Notes: a model not told the origin generated them from the sequence alone. A stretch of DNA of 64,000 nucleotides from Gemmatimonadota bacterium (GCA_963666735.1 OY762926.1:800001-864000); one strand, 5' to 3'; counted from the first letter of the stretch, positions 8,688 to 17,948 are shown. A program made the numbers and translations.

Positions 8688-8850
8688 TGTGGTGTCGCAG
8701 GAGTCCGCGAGCCACCGAGAGCGTCGAGGCGCCGAGTACTGCAAGGCGCTCCGGCGAGGAATAGCAGAGCTATTGCGAGGAGGAGCAACGCCGCAGGGGC
8801 GGATGCATCGGCGCTCGAATGGCCGTGGAATTTCTGCGACACCACACTAG
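8684..8850. mobile_element. MITE-like element, 167 bp, with perfect 17-bp terminal inverted repeats including CTAG
   Basis: CTAGTGTGGTGTCGCAG (8684-8700) is the exact reverse complement of CTGCGACACCACACTAG (8834-8850); no transposase inside. Confidence 0.8.
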
Positions 8851-8883
8851 CCCCGCGTCGCGTCGGCCGCGGAATCTGCGGCG

Positions 8884-9351
8884 CTAGAGATCGTGCAACG
8901 TCTCGAAATCGACGACCTCGAACTCGCGCGCCCCGGCGGGGAGCCTCACGCTCACGAGTGCGCCCTTCCTCTTCCCGAGGAGCGCGCGGCCGATGGGCGA
9001 TTCCATCGAGATGTCGTTGTTCTCGATGTCGACGTCGTCGCCGATCGTGAGGTTGAAGGACTCGATCTCGTCGTCCTCCAGGTCGCGCACCGCGACCTTC
9101 GACCCGAACCCGACCCGATCCGTCGGGATGTTCTCGATATCGAGTTCCCCGAGCTGCGACATGCGGCGAGCCAGGTAGTCGAGCCGCGCACGCACGAACC
9201 CCTGCCGCTCCAGGGCGGCGGTATACTCGGAGTTCTCCCGCAAATCGCCCTGGGCGACGGCCTTCTCGATCTCTCTCGGAAGGATGACGTTCAGCTCGTG
9301 GAGGAGCGTCTCCGCTTCGTCCCCGATCTTGCGCTGCAGTTCTTCGATCAT
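8884..9351 (-). CDS. greA: Transcription elongation factor GreA
   Basis: GDLRENSEY and ISMESPIGRALLG motifs; start trimmed to ATG 9351. Confidence 0.92.
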   Translation of the reverse strand: MIEELQRKIGDEAETLLHELNVILPREIEKAVAQGDLRENSEYTAALERQGFVRARLDYLARRMSQLGELDIENIPTDRVGFGSKVAVRDLEDDEIESFNLTIGDDVDIENNDISMESPIGRALLGKRKGALVSVRLPAGAREFEVVDFETLHDL

Positions 9352-9385
9352 CCGGAACCTCCTCGGCCCGTCGACGGGCCGGCCG

Positions 9386-9426
9386 AAAAAAAAGCCGAGG
9401 CGCTCCCGGAAAGGGAGGCGCCCCGG
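9386..9426 (-). terminator. Intrinsic terminator downstream of ssrA
   Basis: GC hairpin CCGGGGCGCCTCCC-TTTCC-GGGAGCGCCTCGG followed by C and 8 T. Confidence 0.75.
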
Positions 9427-9453
9427 GCGGAGCACAGCGATCCTGCACTTTAG

Positions 9454-9821
9454 TGGAGGCGGCGGGAATCGAACCCGCGTCCGCGAGCCCATCCGCCACG
9501 GCATCTACGTGCGTAGTTCGCGATCGACTCTCATCCCGCGAGGGTTCACGAACAACCCCTTACGAAACCAGCCGTGCGCGCGGCTTTCGCCGTGCTCTCG
9601 TCACCCGCGGCTCACGGCGCGCCTGGGCGACCAGCCCGATTCATCGACGTCCGTCGGGAGATCCTCGGGCCCGGATCTCTCGGGGACGGGCTACGCAGGT
9701 TTACGCAGCCAGAGCCAAACCGTCGTTGGCACCTAAAGGTTTCCCGGTGTTTAACGAGGCCCCGGGCACCTCGGCACGCTTCCGCAGCTTCCAGTTCACG
9801 CGTCGAAGCCGTGTCGCCCCC
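9454..9821 (-). ncRNA. ssrA: tmRNA, tag peptide (A)ANDGLALAA
   Basis: 5' GGGGGCGACACGGCTTCGAC pairs with 3' CGCCTCCA (G3-U wobble); T arm GGTTCGATTCC; tag ORF GCC AAC...GCT GCG TAA at 9730-9701. Confidence 0.95.
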
Positions 9822-9901
9822 CTGATACTCGCAAAGGCTACCCCATACGGTCGTTTATCCTCGCGCGCGGCGCAAGTTCGGCGAGCGGCTCCGGAGGTTC
9901 T

Positions 9902-9931
9902 TTGACAGCCGGAAACCGGCACGGGTATACT
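9902..9931 (+). promoter_or_regulatory. Sigma70-type promoter for the PTS IIA gene
   Basis: TTGACA-N18-TATACT. Confidence 0.7.
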
Positions 9932-10014
9932 CGGAGTCTCCCGGGGCCCCGCCGAGTCGGTTCCCGTTGATTCGATATGCGCCCCGCATTCGCGGGGAGG
10001 AGATATGGATCCAA

Positions 10015-10467
10015 GTGCAGCTTCGCGAATTGTTCGTTCCGTCCGCCATCAACCTCGATCTGGCGGCGGAGACGAAGGATGAGGCCCTGAAAGAACTTGT
10101 GTCGTGTCTGGGCCTCGACGGAAAGTCCGAAGGAATCCTCTACAAGATGTTGAAGCGGCGGGAGAATCTCGGCTCGACCGGGATCGGCCGCGGCATCGCG
10201 ATCCCCCACTGCCGTTCGCTCGTCGTGACCCGGCTGCGGGTCGCGTTCGGCCGAAAGCTCTCCGGCCTCGACTTCAAGGCGATCGACGAGAAACCCGTGC
10301 GGTACGTCTTTCTCATCGTGGCGCCGCCGCTGGAGGTCTCGAATCAGTATCTGCCGGTGCTTGGCAAGATCGCGCAGTTCGGCAAGGAGGCCGACGTCCC
10401 TGAATCGCTCGCGGAAATCTCGAGCCCCGAGCAGTTCATCGAGTTGCTCGAAGCGAAGGATCTCTAG
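10015..10467 (+). CDS. PTS EIIA component, fructose/nitrogen-regulatory (PtsN-like)
   Basis: RRENLGSTGIGRGIAIPHCR (phospho-His motif), FKAIDEKPV. Confidence 0.9.
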   Translation: MQLRELFVPSAINLDLAAETKDEALKELVSCLGLDGKSEGILYKMLKRRENLGSTGIGRGIAIPHCRSLVVTRLRVAFGRKLSGLDFKAIDEKPVRYVFLIVAPPLEVSNQYLPVLGKIAQFGKEADVPESLAEISSPEQFIELLEAKDL

Positions 10468-10823
10468 TGGACCAGCAACTTGAATTGCTCCTCGAGATCC
10501 AGGACCTGAGAATGCAGCGCCGAGGCCTCTCGGACGGGACGCTCACGGACCTTGAGACGGAGGTCTTCGACATCAAGATCGAGGACGCGATCCGATCGCT
10601 CGACGAGAAAGTCGAGGAACTGGAGCAGAGGCTGACACGCGGGATCCGGGAGCGCTACCGCCGCATCGCCGACAAGGCGCCGAGGGTCGTTGCGCCGGTC
10701 ATCAACGGCATCTGCTACGGCTGCTTCGTGGCGCTTTCCACTGCCCGCGCCTCCGAGGCGGATCGCAATCTTCGCGTCGAGTCGTGCGAGTACTGCGGCT
10801 GCTTCCTCTACCACGTCGGCTGA
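10467..10823 (+). CDS. C4-type zinc ribbon protein (short CT398/DUF164-like)
   Basis: Coiled-coil N-terminus LLLEIQDL, CYGC...CEYC. Confidence 0.8.
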   Translation: MDQQLELLLEIQDLRMQRRGLSDGTLTDLETEVFDIKIEDAIRSLDEKVEELEQRLTRGIRERYRRIADKAPRVVAPVINGICYGCFVALSTARASEADRNLRVESCEYCGCFLYHVG

Positions 10824-10857
10824 ACTCCGCCTGAGCGCCGCCCGACCGGCATGAAGC

Positions 10858-12792
10858 TCAGCCGGGCGGGCGGGCGAGGACTCTTCCTTCCGTCGTTCGC
10901 CGGGTCACGCCTTGCCGGTCCAGGTATTCGAGGAGCGGGATCAGGTACTTCCGGGAGAGCCCGAACGTCTCCTTGAACCGCGCGGGAGGGGCCGGCGCGC
11001 CATCGGCGAGAAGCTCCCTTACTCGCGCTTCCATGGTCTCGAGGGCCGCGGCGGCGACGTGCAGTTCGGGTGTGACCGCCTTCGTCATGCCGGAATCCTG
11101 CAGCAGGCGCAGCAGGTCATCGAGCACGGCGCGGTCCAGACGCAGCGTCCTCCCCAGTTCCGTGACGAGCGGTGGCTGCAATCCGGCAGCCTCTATCGTC
11201 CCGGCGAGGTGCGCGCGCCCCTCTTCCTCCTGAGGGGTGAGGCGGGGCGCGTGGTCCGGAAGCGCGAGCCGCGGCCCGCTCTCGAGGAGGCGGCGATCGG
11301 CGAGGAGTTGGCGGACGGCGGTCTCCGCCAGCTCGAGGTCGCAGTGCGGCGCCATGGCGGAGCGCACGGCCTCCTTCGACACGCCGGGGGCGCGGCGGTC
11401 CGCGGCGTGCAGGCGGGCCATGCTCTCTTCCACCGCCTCCATGGCCTCCGCCACGGCATCGGCCGCGAACCAGCGGCCGCCGATGCGCACGCAGCCGGCC
11501 TCCGCCGCGGCCGCTTCGAGCGTGGGGTTGCGCCGTCCAAGGAGGATCGATGACGCTGCGGCGGGGAGTCCCCGCAGCCCCTCCAGGGCGACCGCCGCGG
11601 CGACCGCCTCCGGTGGGGCGCCATCGAGAATCTGCCGCCAGGCTTCCGTTCGCCCCGGCCAGTCGGGCGGCGGGTTCAACTCCGCCACGCGTATCCCGCC
11701 GATCGTCGTCACGGGCGAGTAGAACCGGAGGATGGCCCGGTCACGGGCCCGGGCGAGGAGCGGCGCCTCGAGTGCGAGCACGGCCCAGGCGGTCGCTCCG
11801 GGTGCGATGGATCGGCGATCCGCCGTCTGCAGCCGGGCCATGACCTCGCGGGTCCCCAGGTAGACCCTCAGACGCTGTCCATGAAGCAGGGCCCGATCGC
11901 GGCCCCCGAGTGCCCGTACGCGGACGCCGAGACGTTCGCTCGACGTCCACTCCGACGGGTCGGCGAGCACGCTGCCGCGCTCCACGGAGGCGGGGGCGAT
12001 GCCGACGAGCGCGACGGCGCACCGGCGGCCGGCGGTGACGCGGGGACGCGGGTCCTCGTGCACCTGGAGCGCGCGCACGCGGGCCGAATCCCCACCGGGG
12101 AAGACGCTCACGGTGTCCCCGACGCTGACGGACCCGCTCCACACGGTGCCGGTCACCACGGTGCCGGTGCCCCGGATCGAGAAGGACCGGTCGACGGGGA
12201 GCCTGAAGCGGTCGTCGACGCGGCGCGCGCGGATTCCCGCCGTCGATTCGCGCAGCGCTTCCCGCAGCGGCTCGATCCCATCGCCCGTCAGGGCGGAGAC
12301 CGGCACGATCTCCCATGACGTCCGGACGGGATCCTCGTCCAGCAGTTCGCGGGTCGTCTCGCTCGCGAGCTCGAGCCACTCCTCGTCCACCCGGTCGCTC
12401 TTGGTGAGTGCGACGACCCCGCGCCGAATGTCGAGGAGGCGCGCGATCGCAAGGTGCTCGTGAGTCTGCGGCATCGGTCCCTCGTCCGCCGCCACGACGA
12501 GGAGAAGAATGTCGATGCCCGTGGCCCCGGCGAGCATGTTCTTGAGAAAGTCCTCGTGCCCCGGGACGTCGACGATGCCCGTCTCCAAGCCGGGATCGAG
12601 GTCGAGCCGCGCGAAGCCCAGATCTATCGTGAGCCCCCGCTTCCGCTCCTCCAGCCAGCGGTCCGTCTCGACCCCCGTCAATGCCCGGACGAGGGCGGTC
12701 TTGCCGTGATCCACGTGGCCGGCGGTTCCGATCACGATCCCGCGTCGATCGCTCACGCCTTCGCTCGCAGTGTGCTCACCCAGTGTGCTCAC
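10858..12792 (-). CDS. selB: Selenocysteine-specific translation elongation factor
   Basis: [24 protein letters not shown]-terminal winged helix [16 protein letters not shown]; start may be GTG 12756. Confidence 0.96.
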   Translation of the reverse strand: MSTLGEHTASEGVSDRRGIVIGTAGHVDHGKTALVRALTGVETDRWLEERKRGLTIDLGFARLDLDPGLETGIVDVPGHEDFLKNMLAGATGIDILLLVVAADEGPMPQTHEHLAIARLLDIRRGVVALTKSDRVDEEWLELASETTRELLDEDPVRTSWEIVPVSALTGDGIEPLREALRESTAGIRARRVDDRFRLPVDRSFSIRGTGTVVTGTVWSGSVSVGDTVSVFPGGDSARVRALQVHEDPRPRVTAGRRCAVALVGIAPASVERGSVLADPSEWTSSERLGVRVRALGGRDRALLHGQRLRVYLGTREVMARLQTADRRSIAPGATAWAVLALEAPLLARARDRAILRFYSPVTTIGGIRVAELNPPPDWPGRTEAWRQILDGAPPEAVAAAVALEGLRGLPAAASSILLGRRNPTLEAAAAEAGCVRIGGRWFAADAVAEAMEAVEESMARLHAADRRAPGVSKEAVRSAMAPHCDLELAETAVRQLLADRRLLESGPRLALPDHAPRLTPQEEEGRAHLAGTIEAAGLQPPLVTELGRTLRLDRAVLDDLLRLLQDSGMTKAVTPELHVAAAALETMEARVRELLADGAPAPPARFKETFGLSRKYLIPLLEYLDRQGVTRRTTEGRVLARPPG

Positions 12793-12793
12793 C
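12768..12793. repeat. 13-bp perfect tandem duplication at the selB start
   Basis: CAGTGTGCTCACC at 12768-12780 and 12781-12793. Confidence 0.9.
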
Positions 12794-12810
12794 GGTCGTC
12801 CACGGGCCGC

Positions 12811-13542
12811 TCAGTCCAGCCGGCTCAGGAAGGGCAGAGACTTCAACTGTGCCCCCTCCGCCACGTGGTGCCGGATGAACTCGGCCAGCCAGCGGCCCTG
12901 GCGGCCGTGGACGCGACTCCGGGCCGCCGGCCCGCCCGACACGAGGATCCGCAGGGCGTCGAGCTCTCCGGGATCGAGTTCGGGCCCGACCGGGCCGCAC
13001 GAGGCGCAGCGCAGACCGCCTGCCTCGAAGTCGAAGCGAGCGCCCGTGGCCCCGATGAGGCTCCGGCAGCCGACGCAACGTTCCATCTCGGGGCGGAAGC
13101 CCAGGGCGCTCACCACACCCCAGACGTACTCGAGCCCGCCGGCCGGGGCCCGCTCCCGCACTCGGCCGTGAAGTCCGTCGAGACCAGCCGTCAGCGTGCG
13201 GTACAACTCCGCATCGCGGTGTTCCGGGGCGAGGCGCATCACGAGTTCGCAGAGGACGGACGCGACGGTGAAGAGCCTGATCGAACGGTCGAGTCCTCTC
13301 CGGTCATGGAGCAGTTCGAAATTGGAGAGGGTATGCAGGTCTCGCCCCTCCCGACTGTAGAAAGTCGCCTCCCCCTCCACGAAGGGCTCCAGCAGGCCGC
13401 CGAAGCGACTTCGAGGACGCAACGCCCCGCGGGCGAGCGCGGAACAGGGGCCGAGCTCCCACGTCATCAGGCGCAGGATCTTGCTGGTTTCGCTGTACCG
13501 GTACGTTTGGAGGACCACCGCCCGGGTCGTTACGAGTCCCAC
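12811..13542 (-). CDS. recO: DNA repair protein RecO
   Basis: YSETSKIL, ARGALRPRSRF, Zn finger CVGC...CASC. Confidence 0.93.
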   Translation of the reverse strand: MGLVTTRAVVLQTYRYSETSKILRLMTWELGPCSALARGALRPRSRFGGLLEPFVEGEATFYSREGRDLHTLSNFELLHDRRGLDRSIRLFTVASVLCELVMRLAPEHRDAELYRTLTAGLDGLHGRVRERAPAGGLEYVWGVVSALGFRPEMERCVGCRSLIGATGARFDFEAGGLRCASCGPVGPELDPGELDALRILVSGGPAARSRVHGRQGRWLAEFIRHHVAEGAQLKSLPFLSRLD

Positions 13543-13566
13543 GCGCCCCCCCGACCCCGGGCGCGG

Positions 13567-14706
13567 TCAGCTGGGACGAAGCAGGATATCGGTCGTTCCC
13601 GCCCCGACCGGCGCCTCGTCGATGAACTCGCCCGTAGCCGAAAGGAGAACGAGACGTCCCTGGCCCGCGGTCACGTAGGTGGCGCAGAGCAACTGCCCGT
13701 CCAGAAATGCGGCGGCGACCCGGCAGTTGAGATTCGAGCCGTCGCGGTCGCGCGGCTGGATCGGATTCTCCGGCCCGTTTACCCATGCCCGAACCGCAAA
13801 GCTGAACGTCAGCACGTCCGTGTCCGTCGCGTCGACGCCCTTCGTGCGCACGATGTAGACGAGCCCGTCCCGCCCGGCCTCCATGGCGATCCCGTTCCCG
13901 CCGAGGGAGTTCACGTCCTGCACGGCCCGGGCCGTCATGTCGATCTCGACGAGATTCCCGTCCCCCAGCGGAGCCGAGGCCAGCGGATCGACCCCGCCGC
14001 CGGCCAACAGGAGCATCTTGTCTTCGAGCACGATGGCCTCGGTGACCCCTACGGTGCTTTCCGGGAGCCTCAACTCGTCGAAGTAACTGCCGCTGATGAA
14101 CTCGTGGAGAACGATGCGAGGAGGGCCGAGCGGCTCTCGTCCGCCGTCCTCGTCGTCGAGGTTGCCGTCGACGGAGACGAGGAACTGTCCCGCCGGGATC
14201 ACCCTCTCCACGAACGTGCCCACCCCCTCCACGGCAACCTGCGCCATCGGAGTGCCGGGGAAGGTCACATACACCGCATCCAGCGCCCGGGCGGGGATGA
14301 GCGCGCCCACCGTACCGCCGGCATCGAAGATCACGGTGGGTTTACCGGGGTCCGCGATGGCGTTGTTCGGGAAAACGGCCATCGTCTGTTCGTCGGTGGA
14401 GAAGGACCCGAAGAGGATCTTGCTCCCCTCCGGAGTGTCCCACGCCGTGACCCACAGATCCTGAATGAAATCCGCCGCCTCGCCCTTGAAGTCCGCCCCC
14501 AGTTGAATGTCACGCCCGAAGGGGACGATCTCGCCGTCGATCCGGTTGAACTGCTGCAGGGTCCCGGAGATGGAGTTGAGAACGGCGAATTCCGATTGTT
14601 CGGGACGTACGACGCCGGGGCCATCCGGCCCCGTCCCGTTCGAATCACCGCACCCGGCGAGAAAGACCGCCAGTGCCCCGACCCGTATCCAGCTGCGTCT
14701 CCGCAT
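13567..14706 (-). CDS. Lipoprotein, probable beta-propeller (possibly BtuG/YncE-like)
   Basis: SD AGAGGAG then MRRRSWIRVGALAVFLAGC lipobox; 379 aa, acidic, repeated beta-strand units; directly downstream of btuFCD. Confidence 0.7.
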   Translation of the reverse strand: MRRRSWIRVGALAVFLAGCGDSNGTGPDGPGVVRPEQSEFAVLNSISGTLQQFNRIDGEIVPFGRDIQLGADFKGEAADFIQDLWVTAWDTPEGSKILFGSFSTDEQTMAVFPNNAIADPGKPTVIFDAGGTVGALIPARALDAVYVTFPGTPMAQVAVEGVGTFVERVIPAGQFLVSVDGNLDDEDGGREPLGPPRIVLHEFISGSYFDELRLPESTVGVTEAIVLEDKMLLLAGGGVDPLASAPLGDGNLVEIDMTARAVQDVNSLGGNGIAMEAGRDGLVYIVRTKGVDATDTDVLTFSFAVRAWVNGPENPIQPRDRDGSNLNCRVAAAFLDGQLLCATYVTAGQGRLVLLSATGEFIDEAPVGAGTTDILLRPS

Positions 14707-14878
14707 GATTTTTCTCCTCTGGTGCCCAACCTGTTCGGTTCGCGGCCCATCGCCGCCCGGGCGGCGGCCGCGCACCGCCGGTTGGGTGCTTCCCGGCAAG
14801 GTCCGCTCCCGGCTCATGTACGGCAAGCGGATGCCGCACCCCCTGTCCGGGGCCGGCGGGCTTCCGCCAGAACAACGT

Positions 14879-15742
14879 TTAGAGAGCCCGTACCGGCGAC
14901 GCCGCGTCGCGTGGCGCTCCGCGCGGGCGCGCCCGCACCGGGAGCACGGAGTGCCCGAGATCGCCCAGCGGTTCGACTCGGACGTCGCAGCCATAGGTCG
15001 AGGCCAGAGCCGGCGATCCGAGCACCTCGCCCGGTGGGCCGGCTGCCACCGCCTCTCCTGCCGCGAGCAGGATCATTCGATCGGCGTAGCGGCTCGCGAG
15101 CTGCATGTCGTGCGTAATGCAAATGACGGTGAGGGCGCGGTCGCGCACGCGCTGCCGCAGCGCATCGAAGATCCACAGTGCGTGCCTGAAGTCGAGGTGG
15201 GCGGAGGGTTCATCCAGGATCAGGATTCCGGGCTCCTGTACGATGGCACGGGCGAGCTTGGCGCGCTGGCGCTCGCCCCCCGACAGCTCCGCGAGCGGCC
15301 GGTTCGCGAGGTGCTCGAGGCCGGCCCAGGCCAGGGCGTTCCCGATCACTTCCCGATCCCGGCGCGCGAGGGGCGCCCACGGACTCACGTACGGGTTTCG
15401 GCCCAGTTCGACGTACCCGTGGAGGCTTACTCGCAGGGCTTCGGGGGGAGCGTCCTGCGATACGACGGCCGTGCGCCGGGCGAGCGCCGGCCGGTCCCAG
15501 GAGACGAGCGGCCGGCCATCGAGGCGCACCGACCCCCCGGATGGATCGAGAATGCCTCCCAGCAGGCGCACGAGGGTGCTCTTCCCCGCTCCGTTGGGCC
15601 CAATGACCACCGTGAAGGCGGCCGCCCCGAATTCGAGGGACAGGCCCTTGAGAGCCGGAGCGAAGGCCGACGGATAGCGGTACGTGACGTCCTCGAGTCG
15701 GTAGGCCGCCGCGTCCCCCCGGTCACCGGCGGACTCAGGCAT
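14879..15742 (-). CDS. btuD: Cobalamin/siderophore ABC transporter ATP-binding subunit
   Basis: GPNGAGKS, LSGGERQR, DEPSAHLD; in a cobalamin-riboswitch operon. Confidence 0.85.
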   Translation of the reverse strand: MPESAGDRGDAAAYRLEDVTYRYPSAFAPALKGLSLEFGAAAFTVVIGPNGAGKSTLVRLLGGILDPSGGSVRLDGRPLVSWDRPALARRTAVVSQDAPPEALRVSLHGYVELGRNPYVSPWAPLARRDREVIGNALAWAGLEHLANRPLAELSGGERQRAKLARAIVQEPGILILDEPSAHLDFRHALWIFDALRQRVRDRALTVICITHDMQLASRYADRMILLAAGEAVAAGPPGEVLGSPALASTYGCDVRVEPLGDLGHSVLPVRARPRGAPRDAASPVRAL

Positions 15743-16724
15743 GGCTCCTCCTCAGCAGTACGAGGAAGAGCGGCACGCCGAGCAGGGCCGTCACCACGCC
15801 CACCGGGAGTTCAAGAGGCCGGAGCGCGACCCGCGCCACCGTATCGGCGAACACGAGCGCGGCGGCGCCGCCAAGGGCGCCGAGCGGCAGGAGGCGCCGG
15901 TGGTCGCTGCCCCAGATCATGCGTGCGCCGTGGGGGATGACGAGACCCACGAAACCGATGACGCCCGCGGTACTCACCGCCACGGCGGCGAGGAGTGAAG
16001 CGATGAAGTACGCGCTGCGCCTGACCACTTCGACCCGCGCCCCGAGGTAGGCCGCCGCTTCCTCTCCCAGAGCGAGCGCATTCAGGTGGCGGGAAAGCGC
16101 AAACGCCACGGCGCCGCCCGCCGCAGCCGCGAGCCCGAGGGCGAGCGTGGATTCCCACCCCGCCCGCTCGAGACTCCCCATGGTCCACAGGACCGCGGCC
16201 CGTGTGGCGTCCGGTTCGGCGAGCGAGAGAAGGAGCATCACGCCGGCCCCGAAGAAGGCCGCCACGACGACTCCCGCCAGGATCAGGACATGCGTGTCGA
16301 GACGACCCACGGCGAGCGCGACGCGAAACACGATGGCGATGGCGGCCAGACCTCCGGCGAGGGCAAAGCCGACGGTACCGAGGTATCCCAGCACCCCTCC
16401 GAACGCGGTGAGCGCGAGCACGGCGCCGAGCGCCGCCCCCGAGGAAACGCCGAGGAGATAAGGTTCGGCAAGCGGGTTTCGGAGCAGAGCCTGGAACAGG
16501 GTTCCGGAGATCGTGAGCGCGATGCCCGTGAGCGCGGCCGCCGCGACGCGGGGGAGGCGAAGGGAGAGGACGATGGTGCGCGCGGACGGATCCGTTTCCT
16601 GGCCCGTGAGCGCCCGCCACACCTCCGCGGGGGCGACATTCGCCGCGCCCAGCAGGAGGCCGGCGGCCGCCGAGACGACGAGAAGCAACACCAGCAGGAG
16701 CGCTCCACGGCCGGTCCGGGTCAC
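15735..16724 (-). CDS. btuC: Cobalamin ABC transporter permease (FecCD family)
   Basis: LRLPR, RNPLAEPYLLGVSSGA, GVIGFVGLVIPH, ELPVG; GTG start coupled to the btuF stop. Confidence 0.88.
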   Translation of the reverse strand: MTRTGRGALLLVLLLVVSAAAGLLLGAANVAPAEVWRALTGQETDPSARTIVLSLRLPRVAAAALTGIALTISGTLFQALLRNPLAEPYLLGVSSGAALGAVLALTAFGGVLGYLGTVGFALAGGLAAIAIVFRVALAVGRLDTHVLILAGVVVAAFFGAGVMLLLSLAEPDATRAAVLWTMGSLERAGWESTLALGLAAAAGGAVAFALSRHLNALALGEEAAAYLGARVEVVRRSAYFIASLLAAVAVSTAGVIGFVGLVIPHGARMIWGSDHRRLLPLGALGGAAALVFADTVARVALRPLELPVGVVTALLGVPLFLVLLRRSHA

Positions 16725-17656
16725 GAGGAGCAGGAGGCCACGGCCGGTTCCGGGGCGGTGGCCGGAAGTTCTCCGTGCAGCGCCTCCGCGATCGAACGCG
16801 CCGCCTCCGGCACCCGCGGGCCGAGGCGGCTCACGACATCTCGATCCAGCGTGGAGATCCGGCCGGCCGCGACTGCGGGGATCCGTTCCCACCCGTGGCG
16901 CATCCCGAGATCCGGAGGCCGGTGCAGCGCTGCCCGGGCCACCGAGACGAGGATTCGCTCCGGATCGCGGTCGATGATGGCCTCGAGACTCACCCGCGGC
17001 GCCGCCGGCGCGAGATCGCCGAACACGTTGGCCCCGCCGGCGATCGTGAGCAGCGAGTCGATGAAACTGCCGCCGCCGATCGTCATCGGCGGCTCGGCCC
17101 AGGCGTCGTAATAGACTCCGACGCGCGGGCGGCCCTCCGTCGCCCGGGAGACGGCGGCGAGTTCGCGAGCAATCCGGTCGGCGAGCGCACTCCCGCCGTC
17201 CGCACAGCCGACAAGCTCGCCGAGGCGGAGGATATTGCGGCGCAGATCTTCAAGCGTGTCGTGTCGAAGCGCCAGCGTCGCGACGCCGAGCCGCTGCAGC
17301 CTCTCCCGGCTTTCCCGGTTCGTGTCCCCATCGTAGAGGACCACGAGATCGGGGTCCCGGGCGAGCACGGCCTCCAAAGACGGGTGGATGCCGTCACCGA
17401 CGTCGGGAATTCGTCGGGCCGCGGGCGGATGGATCCCCCATCGAGTGCGGCCCACGAGCCGGTCGCCGGCGCCGAGATGGAAGAAGATCTCCGTCACCGC
17501 CGGAATGAGAGAGACGATCCGTCGCGGCTCGGACCGCACTGCCACTTCCCGGCTCGGTGCGTCGCCGCGGTCCCCGCCGCCGCCACCGGGCGCGCCGCAG
17601 GCCGTCGCGAGCGCCGCGGCGAGGAGGGCGAGCGATGGGGCCATGTTTTTCGACAT
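16721..17656 (-). CDS. btuF: Cobalamin ABC transporter substrate-binding lipoprotein
   Basis: Lipobox LATAC, RIVSLIPAVTE, GGGSFIDSLLTIAGGANVF, RLGPR; first gene behind the cobalamin riboswitch. Confidence 0.85.
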   Translation of the reverse strand: MSKNMAPSLALLAAALATACGAPGGGGGDRGDAPSREVAVRSEPRRIVSLIPAVTEIFFHLGAGDRLVGRTRWGIHPPAARRIPDVGDGIHPSLEAVLARDPDLVVLYDGDTNRESRERLQRLGVATLALRHDTLEDLRRNILRLGELVGCADGGSALADRIARELAAVSRATEGRPRVGVYYDAWAEPPMTIGGGSFIDSLLTIAGGANVFGDLAPAAPRVSLEAIIDRDPERILVSVARAALHRPPDLGMRHGWERIPAVAAGRISTLDRDVVSRLGPRVPEAARSIAEALHGELPATAPEPAVASCSS

Positions 17657-17765
17657 CTATCCCCCGCTTCCGGTCCGAACGGGGGAGCGCGCCGGAACCC
17701 GGCGCGACGGAGGGCCCCGCTCTTCCCGCGAAGAGCATGCGTTGGCAGCGGCGTGCTGCCGAGGG

Positions 17766-17875
17766 CATGGAGGAACACGTCTCCTGGCTCGAGGCCCTTG
17801 CCGTCCGCTTCGCCGGGCCTCTCACAGTGGCGGGGCCGCGCCGGATTCTCACCGACTTCCGTTTGCCCCTCCATG
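17766..17875 (-). promoter_or_regulatory. Cobalamin riboswitch (compact aptamer)
   Basis: AAACGGAAGTCGGTGAGAATCCGGCGCGGCCCCGCCACTGTGA and B12-box GAGCCAGGAGAC, closed by CATGGAGG/CCTCCATG. Confidence 0.92.
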
Positions 17876-17948
17876 TCCGCGCGTCGCCGCCAAGATGGGC
17901 GCGGCCGTCCGCGACGCGCAAGAAACCGCTCGCCGCTCCGCGGGCCCT

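Noticed and set aside
8684..8846. Small hydrophobic ORF inside the MITE
   Set aside because: No SD, and it lies within a palindromic non-coding element
9386..9454. Integrated element at the ssrA or selC 3' end
   Set aside because: No integrase or duplicated att sequence; core genes follow directly
10005..10082. 25-codon out-of-frame ORF close to the SD of the PTS IIA gene
   Set aside because: No coding signal or conservation evidence; probably incidental
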